Source of the DNA: Fidelibacterota bacterium
GTDB taxonomy: Bacteria; Fidelibacterota; Marinisomatia; Marinisomatales; TCS56
Direction of reading: 5' to 3'
Length of the DNA: 10,838 bases
Assembly (NCBI GenBank): GCA_043822705.1
Contig: JBDRBK010000187.1
Coordinates: 1-10,838 of the forward strand
Below the pieces are notes generated by a model. It had not been told where the DNA came from and searched no databases. It was given only the letters and a program-made list of their open reading frames with translations. The position numbers and the translations under genes are program-made. Below, one piece after another: positions 1 through 6,359 of the stretch; position 1 is the first letter of the stretch, and each line of letters opens with the position of its first letter.

Positions 1-123
1 GTCGGTGCCATCTATGATGTCGGCACCGGCAAAATAAAATGGCTGCCGGAGGACAAAGTGGGACAGATTCTGACCCGAGTGGAAGCCGATCCCGGCCGCG
101 CTACCGAAGCCTACGCTCACTGA
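1..123 (+). CDS. Beta-class carbonic anhydrase, C-terminal fragment (5' truncated by window edge)
   Basis: Frame 1 reads VGAIYDVGTGKIKWLPEDKVGQILTRVEADPGRATEAYAH then TGA at 121-123. VGAxYDxxTGxxxWL matches the C-terminal strand motif of beta-carbonic anhydrases. The Zn-binding Cys/His residues lie outside the window. Absent from the ORF track because it is partial. Confidence 0.75.
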   Translation, partial: VGAIYDVGTGKIKWLPEDKVGQILTRVEADPGRATEAYAH

Positions 124-174
124 TTAGCATTTACCCGGTAGCTATTCAATCGCCGAAACTCACTGCCCGATAAT

Positions 175-180
175 GGAGGA
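175..180 (+). promoter_or_regulatory. Shine-Dalgarno GGAGGA for the 186-593 gene
   Basis: GGAGGA at 175-180 lies 5 nt upstream of an in-frame ATT (186-188) in the frame that is open from 174 to 593. Confidence 0.6.
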
Positions 181-185
181 ACATC

Positions 186-593
186 ATTAAAATACGTACG
201 GTTTCTACCCGGCTTGCGGTTTACGAGTCGCTAGGGTTTCTGTTAATAATAATCATTCTCTGGACCGACGAGCTATTCGATCTGCCACGCTTTTTGTTTG
301 GTGCAGAGTCGACACCGGTGAATTTCAGCGAAAGTATATTCGAGAGTCTATTGGTCCTGATCGCTGGTACTGTTACTGTTATAATGACCCGGAAACTGTT
401 GAGCAAGATCGAGTACCTGGAAGGCTTTTTGTCCATCTGCTCCGCCTGCAAGAAAATTCGGGACGAACAGGGTGACTGGATCGAGCCGGAAGTTTATGTC
501 CGCGATCATTCGCAAGCTGAATTTTCGCATGGCATCTGTCCCGAATGCGCCAGTCAGCTCTACCCCGGCGTCAAATTACACACCAGGCATTGA
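186..593 (+). CDS. Hypothetical two-TM membrane protein with C-terminal CxxCKKIR...W...FSHGICPxC (putative Zn-binding) domain; start uncertain
   Basis: The ORF track starts at TTG 294, but the frame is open back to TAA 171-173 and adds IKIRTVSTRLAVYESLGFLLIIIILWTDELFDLPRF, which contains a hydrophobic helix. The second hydrophobic segment is SLLVLIAGTVTVIM. Cys pairs are CSAC (438-449) and CPEC (537-548). Stop TGA at 591-593. Confidence 0.8.
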   Translation: MKIRTVSTRLAVYESLGFLLIIIILWTDELFDLPRFLFGAESTPVNFSESIFESLLVLIAGTVTVIMTRKLLSKIEYLEGFLSICSACKKIRDEQGDWIEPEVYVRDHSQAEFSHGICPECASQLYPGVKLHTRH

Positions 594-651
594 CTGCCGG
601 CCTTGACCGGCTCCAGTACGGCGGCAGGATAATTACTACCGAGGTATATCA

Positions 652-894
652 ATGGAAATGAAAATATCCGATCAGCGGAAGCTGGAACTGCGCCGGTCGG
701 TCCAAGCCTTTTACCTGGATCAGTTTGACGAAACAATCGGTGAATTAAAGGCTGAGTTTCTGATCGATTTCTTTATCGATCATTTAGGTTGTGATATCTA
801 CAATCAGGCGATCAAGGATGCCGGCGCTTATTTACAGGAAAAAGCTATCTTTATGGAAGATGAGCTATATATACCAAAAAAGGATAAATCCTGA
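652..894 (+). CDS. DUF2164 family protein
   Basis: 80 aa with the pattern IGELKAEFLIDFF...LG..IYNQAIKDA..YL..K, recognised as DUF2164. GAGGT at 641-645 precedes the ATG. Confidence 0.85.
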   Translation: MEMKISDQRKLELRRSVQAFYLDQFDETIGELKAEFLIDFFIDHLGCDIYNQAIKDAGAYLQEKAIFMEDELYIPKKDKS

Positions 895-1051
895 TTTTTC
901 ATGCTGGTTGCACTCTCGATTCTTCGTTCTATGTTCTTTTGCCGTAAAGTTATGTTATTGCCTGATTAGCTTCTCCTCTGTACCCCAGATCATAACTCTA
1001 AATTCCATGATTCCTGTTCTCCGCATCCCGGCAGCTTGCTACCTTTGCTAC

Positions 1052-1462
1052 TCAGTGCCCCGGCGCCTGCGCCAGTTCCACCAGTACGCCGCCGGCGGCT
1101 TTGGGGTGAATAAAAGTAATCAGAAAACCTTCGGCGCCGATCCGCGGCTCGTTGTAGATCAGATCAATCCCCGCTGTTTGTAATTCCTTGATCGCTGCCC
1201 GGATGTCTTCCACTTCCAGGCAGATGTGGTGAATGCCTTCACCCTTTTTATCGATAAAGCGGGCGATGACCGAATCTGCCCGCAGGGATTCCAGCAACTC
1301 GATCTTACCCCGGGATGTATTATAGATTTTGGTATCAACACCCTGCTCCTCGATCCGATCTTCACCGGACTGGCCGATGCTCAAAACCTGACCCCAGAAT
1401 GAACCTGATTTCCCGACGTCTTTGACGGCGATCCCGATATGTTCGATGCCCAGAATTTTCAT
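1052..1462 (-). CDS. mce: Methylmalonyl-CoA epimerase (VOC superfamily)
   Basis: IEHIGIAV, EEQGV, KIELLE, FIDKKGEGIHHICLEVEDI, FIHPK and GGVLVELAQ motifs, including the His/His/Glu metal ligands. 136 aa. ATGA overlap with the upstream gene. Confidence 0.92.
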   Translation of the reverse strand: MKILGIEHIGIAVKDVGKSGSFWGQVLSIGQSGEDRIEEQGVDTKIYNTSRGKIELLESLRADSVIARFIDKKGEGIHHICLEVEDIRAAIKELQTAGIDLIYNEPRIGAEGFLITFIHPKAAGGVLVELAQAPGH

Positions 1463-2229
1463 CGGAATTTCGGCGCCCGCTTCTCGACGAAAGCTATCGT
1501 GCCTTCCTGCATTTCGCTGGTCTCGAATATCCGGCTGAAAGCCTGCACCTCATATTCCAGTGCGGCGGTCAGCGACAGGTCCTGCCCCTGCCGGATACAA
1601 TCCAGTGCAATCCGCACCGCCTCCGGTCCGTTGCCGACGATCGACTGCGCCAGCTTCCGGGCCTGCGGCAGCAAATCCGCCAGCGGCACGACCCGATTGA
1701 CCAGTCCGATGCGCAGCGCCTCAGCGCTGTTGATCGTACCGCCACCGGCAATCAATTCGACAGCCATTCCTTTGCCCACCAGCATAGTCAGACGCTGGGT
1801 TCCGCCCCAGCCGGGAATCAAGCCCAGTTTCACTTCCGGTTGTCCGAAAACAGCGTTTTCCGAGGCCAGTCTGATATGACAGGCCAGACTGATTTCCGTG
1901 CCACCTCCCAAAGCAAATCCGTTGACGGCGGCGATCACCGGCTTCGGTGAATTTTCGATTGTGTTTAATAATCCGTGGCCGGCCTGTCCGAATTCCAGTG
2001 CCTCCGCCCGGGTCATCTTGGCCATGGCCTTGATATCGGCGCCGGCCACAAAAGCCTTCTCACCGGCGCCGGTAATAATGATTACACCGACATTCTTGTC
2101 AGCGATACAGTCGATCACCGCCTGCCGCAATTCACCGATGACGGTCAGATTCATCGCGTTCAGGGCATCGGGCCGGTTGATCGTAATTGTCGCGATATAA
2201 TCGGCAATTTCGGTTAATATGTATGACAT
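1459..2229 (-). CDS. Enoyl-CoA hydratase / crotonase family protein
   Basis: INRPDALNA, KAFVAGADI, PVIAAVNGFALGGGTE, FGQPEVKLGLIPGWGGTQRL and AFVEKRAPKF motifs. Both catalytic glutamates are present. SD GAGGGG at 2239-2244. Confidence 0.95.
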   Translation of the reverse strand: MSYILTEIADYIATITINRPDALNAMNLTVIGELRQAVIDCIADKNVGVIIITGAGEKAFVAGADIKAMAKMTRAEALEFGQAGHGLLNTIENSPKPVIAAVNGFALGGGTEISLACHIRLASENAVFGQPEVKLGLIPGWGGTQRLTMLVGKGMAVELIAGGGTINSAEALRIGLVNRVVPLADLLPQARKLAQSIVGNGPEAVRIALDCIRQGQDLSLTAALEYEVQAFSRIFETSEMQEGTIAFVEKRAPKFR

Positions 2230-2251
2230 TATTTAATTCCCCTCGGTTTGA

Positions 2252-3724
2252 TCAGGTGCGCCAGAACGTCCGGCTGAAGATTACCATTACGGTATAGATT
2301 TCCAGGCGGCCCAGCAGCATGCAGAATGACAACAGCCATTTTCCCAGTGGATTCAGCAGAGCATAATTATCGGTGGGACCGAACTCGCCCAGAGCCGGTC
2401 CGATATTTCCCAGGGCGGACGCGGCGGCGCCGATCGATGAATTGATATCCCAGCCCAGGGCGGTCAGAATAATCGATGTCAGGCCGAAAATCATGATATA
2501 AAACAGGAAAAATCCCAGCGTGTTGTGGATGACATCCGCGCTGATGAACCGGCGGCCGATCCGTACCGGGAGAATCGCCCGCGCATGCAGCATCCGACGG
2601 GTCTCCAGCAGGATATATTTCACGATCAGTATGACCCGCACAACCTTCATACCACCGCCGGTGGATCCCCCCATGCCGCCGACGAACATCATCATGAGCA
2701 GCAGCAGTTGTACGAAATAGGTCCAGGTTTCATAATCCGCGGTCACATACCCGGTGGTGGTAATTATCGAGACGGTCTGAAACAGCGAATCGCGGAAATT
2801 GGTCCCGGACCAGTCGCCGGCGGCGGAACTGACGCTGATGAAAACCAGTGCCGTCGCTCCGATAATGATCCCCAGATAGTACAGGAACTCGCGGTCGCTG
2901 AAATAGGATTTGAGGTTGCCGCTGATCGCCCGGAAATGGAGACTGAAATTGATACCGGCCAGAAACATGAAGAATATTATTATATATTGAATGGTCGAAT
3001 TCTCATAATAGCCGATGCTGGCATTTTTGGTCGAGAAACCGCCGGTGGGCATGGTGGTGAAAGTGTGACAGACGGCATCGAACAGATTCATGCCGGCGAA
3101 CATCAGCAGGATTATTTCCGCCAGGCTGATCCCCATGTAGACCAGCCATAGGATTTTGGCCGTTTCCCGGACCCGCGGGCGAATTTTGTCAGCCACCGGA
3201 CCGGGCACTTCTGCTTTGAACAGTTGGACGCCGCCCACTCCTAACAAGGGCAGGATTGCGATATAAAAAACAATAATCCCCATCCCGCCGATCCACTGGA
3301 TGAAGGACCGCCAGTAAAGCGTGGCGTGCGGCAAACTCTCGATCCCGTTGGGCAGATGTGGCATAGTCAGGCTGTTGCCGATAATCGAAGCACCGGTGGT
3401 GGTCACGCCGGACATGGATTCGAAAAAGGCGTCGGTGAAACTGGGAATGATGCCGCTCAGGTAAAACGGCAAAGCACTGACCAGCGCCATCGTCACCCAG
3501 GCGAAGGTCACAACGGCAAAGCCATCCCTTACGGAAATCTGTTTGTATTTGTTTGTCAGATACCAGGCCGGCAGTCCTACCAGCAAACATAATCCCGACG
3601 ACAGCAGGAAACCGCCCAGATCAGGTTCATCAAATCCCCAGGCCATCAGCGCCGGAATCAGCATGGCGATGCCAAGCATTGAAACCAGAATGCAGAGGAT
3701 ATTAATAATTGTCTTTGAATTCAT
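2252..3724 (-). CDS. trkH: Trk system potassium uptake membrane protein TrkH
   Basis: 490 aa polytopic protein with four pore-loop Gly motifs (TTTGA, PTGGF, TTTGY, GNIGP) plus FFESMSG, QWIGGMG, GSTGGGMK and MLLGRLE. Adjacent to trkA. Confidence 0.96.
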   Translation of the reverse strand: MNSKTIINILCILVSMLGIAMLIPALMAWGFDEPDLGGFLLSSGLCLLVGLPAWYLTNKYKQISVRDGFAVVTFAWVTMALVSALPFYLSGIIPSFTDAFFESMSGVTTTGASIIGNSLTMPHLPNGIESLPHATLYWRSFIQWIGGMGIIVFYIAILPLLGVGGVQLFKAEVPGPVADKIRPRVRETAKILWLVYMGISLAEIILLMFAGMNLFDAVCHTFTTMPTGGFSTKNASIGYYENSTIQYIIIFFMFLAGINFSLHFRAISGNLKSYFSDREFLYYLGIIIGATALVFISVSSAAGDWSGTNFRDSLFQTVSIITTTGYVTADYETWTYFVQLLLLMMMFVGGMGGSTGGGMKVVRVILIVKYILLETRRMLHARAILPVRIGRRFISADVIHNTLGFFLFYIMIFGLTSIILTALGWDINSSIGAAASALGNIGPALGEFGPTDNYALLNPLGKWLLSFCMLLGRLEIYTVMVIFSRTFWRT

Positions 3725-5070
3725 CAGGCTGTAAACAGTTTCCGCAGTTTGGGAACAGCGTTTTTCTTGGCGAAAACCAGGACCGTATCCTCTTCGGTAA
3801 GCTGGGAAGATCCCCGGGCGATGCTCAGATGGCCGTGATGATTGATAACGCCAACGATGCTGTCTTCGGGAAAATTCAATTCATTCAGCGGCTTGGTGGT
3901 CACTTTACTGCCCGGTTTGGGATTGAATTCAAGCACATCCACGTCGATTTCATCGAAGGTCGTGATCGATGTTTCCGAGGCATCACTGCGGACGTAGCGC
4001 AGGATTGCATTGACGGTGGAAATATTCTTGCTGATCACCGCATCCAGTCCGATTTCCTTGATGATCGGCAGGTACTCGGTGGTCGATATATGGCAGATGG
4101 TTTGTTTTACACCCAGATGCCGCGCCAGCAATCCCGACAGCAGGTTGGTCTGTTCGTTATGGGCCACGGCGATAAAACTGTCCAGTTCGGAGATATTCTC
4201 CGAACGCAGGAATTCCACATCGGTACCGTCGCCGTACAGCACCATGGTGTTATCCAGCATATTGGCGATCGTTTCGGCCTTGTGACGGTCGATTTCAACG
4301 AGCCGGACCGAAATCTCATGTTGCAATTCTTCCGCTACCGAGCGACCGATTTTGGTCCCCCCCATGATCATGATCCGGCGGGTCCGGGCGGTATCCTTAC
4401 CCAGCAGGTGCATCAGATCATCTACGCGATCGGTACGGATCAGGAAATAGCCGGTATCCCGTTCGGCAAAAACAAAATCACCCCAGGGTACGTGACTGCC
4501 ACCGTTACGCAGGACCGTCACCACACCGAATTTGAAACCAATTTCATCTTCACAGAGTTGTTTTACCGATTTACCAATGATCGGTGATTTGCTGTTGATC
4601 CGAATCCCGAGCAACTGCAACCGGCCGCCTTCGAATTCCATCACTTGGGAGGCGTAATTACGCCGCACCAGGCGCACAATCTCCTGGCAGGCGGCTTTCT
4701 CGGGATGGATCACCAAGTCGACACCGAAACCCTCCGGCCGGATAATCGATTCACGGGTGGTGTACTGCTGGTTGCGCAGGCGGGCGATGATTTTTTTGGC
4801 GCCTAATTCGTGGGCCTGCTGCGAGGCGATCAGGTTGACCTCATCGACGCCGGTGACGCAGATGACGTAGTCGGCTTCCTGAACCCGGGCCTTGGTCAGG
4901 TTACGCGGGCTGGCGCCGTGACCTTCCACGACGATCACGTCAAGATTTTCGGCGATTCGTCGGCTTTTCTCCGAATTAATTTCAATGACCGTAATATCAA
5001 AATTTTCCTGGCTCAGTGCCTTGGCGACATGGAATCCCACTTCGCCGGCACCGATAATGACAATCTTCAT
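3724..5070 (-). CDS. trkA: Trk system potassium uptake regulatory subunit TrkA (tandem RCK domains)
   Basis: MKIVIIGAGEVG N-terminal Rossmann motif, DEVNL, IARLRN, IHPE, and a second RCK domain (IMIMGGTKIG...GDGTD). 448 aa. SD GGAG at 5078-5081. Confidence 0.96.
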   Translation of the reverse strand: MKIVIIGAGEVGFHVAKALSQENFDITVIEINSEKSRRIAENLDVIVVEGHGASPRNLTKARVQEADYVICVTGVDEVNLIASQQAHELGAKKIIARLRNQQYTTRESIIRPEGFGVDLVIHPEKAACQEIVRLVRRNYASQVMEFEGGRLQLLGIRINSKSPIIGKSVKQLCEDEIGFKFGVVTVLRNGGSHVPWGDFVFAERDTGYFLIRTDRVDDLMHLLGKDTARTRRIMIMGGTKIGRSVAEELQHEISVRLVEIDRHKAETIANMLDNTMVLYGDGTDVEFLRSENISELDSFIAVAHNEQTNLLSGLLARHLGVKQTICHISTTEYLPIIKEIGLDAVISKNISTVNAILRYVRSDASETSITTFDEIDVDVLEFNPKPGSKVTTKPLNELNFPEDSIVGVINHHGHLSIARGSSQLTEEDTVLVFAKKNAVPKLRKLFTA

Positions 5071-5108
5071 TAATTATCTCCGACAACAACAAAATCAATT
5101 AGCATAAA

Positions 5109-6359
5109 TTATTCTTTTTCGCGACTAATCGCAGCACCAATCGAACGGAATTTTTCCTCGATTCTTTCATAGCCACGATCAATATGATAGATACGACTCA
5201 CATCGGTCCGGCCTTCGGCGGCCAGTCCGGCCAATATCAGCGAGGCGCTAGCGCGTATATCGGTACTCATCACCGGGGCGCCTTTCAATGCTCGCTGACC
5301 GTGCACGACAGCCACGTTGTTTTCCAGCGTGATCCGGGCACCCAGCCGATTCAGCTCCGGAACATGTGCGAAACGGTCCTGATAAATCTCATCGCGGATC
5401 ACCGCCGTTCCGTCCGCCAGACTCATCAGGGCGATCCACTGCGCCTGTAGATCGGTGGGGAAACCGGGATAGACCGCCGTGGTCACATCGACGGGCCGGA
5501 TACCGTTGGCGGCCCGAACGGTAATATCATTTCCTTCAATCGTAATTCCGGCACCGGCTTCTTCCAGCCGGTCCAATACGGTCACCAGATGATCGGGTTC
5601 GGTATCGCGCAGGGTGATATCACCCAGCATTGCCCCGGCGATCAGGAAAGTGCCGGCCTCGATCCGGTCGGGGATGACCGCAATCGACCGGGGCTGCAGA
5701 CTGGTGACGCCCTGGATATGCAGTTCATCGCTGCCGATCCCGTCGATATCCGCGCCCATCAGGTTCAGAAATTCGCATAACTGCACAATTTCCGGTTCCC
5801 GGGCGGCATTTTCGATGATCGTCGTACCTTCCGCCAGCACCGCCGCCATAACGATATTCCCGGTGGCGCCGACCGACGGAATTTCAAAGGAAATCCGATT
5901 GCCTTTCAGGCGTTTGGCTTCGGCGATTATGTCACCGCCTTCCAGTGTGATTTTGGCGCCTAACTTCTCCAATCCTTTCAGATGGAAATCCACCGGCCGG
6001 GGCCCCCAGGCACAGCCGCCCGGCAGCGATACCCGGGCCCGGCCGAACCGCGCCACCAGCGGACCCAGGACGTAAAACGATGCCCGCATCGTTTTTACCA
6101 GTTCATAGGGCGCCACCGGATTGTTGACCGTCCGGGCATCGATCTGCAATAAATTATTTTCCAGACTGGTGCGGGCACCGACGATTTCCAGCAGTCTGAT
6201 CATCGTGACAGTATCGCGCAGGCGCGGCACACGCCGCACTTCCAGGCTGCCGTCGACTAACAGGGCTGCGGCCATGATCGGTAAAACGGCATTTTTAGCG
6301 CCGCTGATGGTGACTTCGCCGGAGAGCCGGCGGCCACCGTGAATTACAAATTTATCCAT
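5109..6359 (-). CDS. murA: UDP-N-acetylglucosamine 1-carboxyvinyltransferase
   Basis: SGAKNA (Lys22), MRAS, LPGGCAWGPRPVDFH (active-site Cys116), SVGAT, NAAREPE, PDRIEAGT, YPGFPTDLQ, DIRA and HIDRGYE motifs. 416 aa. Confidence 0.98.
   Translation of the reverse strand: MDKFVIHGGRRLSGEVTISGAKNAVLPIMAAALLVDGSLEVRRVPRLRDTVTMIRLLEIVGARTSLENNLLQIDARTVNNPVAPYELVKTMRASFYVLGPLVARFGRARVSLPGGCAWGPRPVDFHLKGLEKLGAKITLEGGDIIAEAKRLKGNRISFEIPSVGATGNIVMAAVLAEGTTIIENAAREPEIVQLCEFLNLMGADIDGIGSDELHIQGVTSLQPRSIAVIPDRIEAGTFLIAGAMLGDITLRDTEPDHLVTVLDRLEEAGAGITIEGNDITVRAANGIRPVDVTTAVYPGFPTDLQAQWIALMSLADGTAVIRDEIYQDRFAHVPELNRLGARITLENNVAVVHGQRALKGAPVMSTDIRASASLILAGLAAEGRTDVSRIYHIDRGYERIEEKFRSIGAAISREKE

Noticed and set aside
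145..174. Possible sigma70 promoter TTCAAT-N18-GATAAT
   Set aside because: Poor -35 match, and the implied start site would fall at or after the SD.
594..627. Alternative GC hairpins after the 593 stop (GCCGG/CCGGC 596-611; CTGCCG/CGGCAG 594-627)
   Set aside because: Short stems with no U-tract, and CCGG is very common in this sequence, so not supportable as a terminator or riboswitch.
876..899. AAAAA-AGGA-TAAA-TCCT-GA-TTTTT inverted repeat at the end of DUF2164
   Set aside because: The stem is too short and AT-rich, and it overlaps the stop codon; too weak to call a terminator.
791..1183. 130-aa plus-strand ORF spanning the spacer
   Set aside because: Overlaps both DUF2164 and mce, has no SD and has atypical composition.
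2525..3151. 208-aa plus-strand ORF with HHHEQQQ stretch, antisense to trkH
   Set aside because: The His/Gln run is the reverse complement of the Met/Leu-rich TM codons of TrkH.
4357..4363. G7 homopolymer in trkA as a phase-variation tract
   Set aside because: Short, in frame and explained by Met-Gly-Gly codons of the Rossmann motif.
3709..4587. 292-aa plus-strand ORF antisense to trkA
   Set aside because: No recognisable motif and it overlaps a well-supported gene; long antisense frames are an expected by-product of codon bias.
5245..5254. Perfect 10-bp palindrome GCGCTAGCGC (similarly ATCGATCGAT at 9860-9869)
   Set aside because: Inside coding sequence, and several 10-bp palindromes are expected by chance in 10.8 kb.
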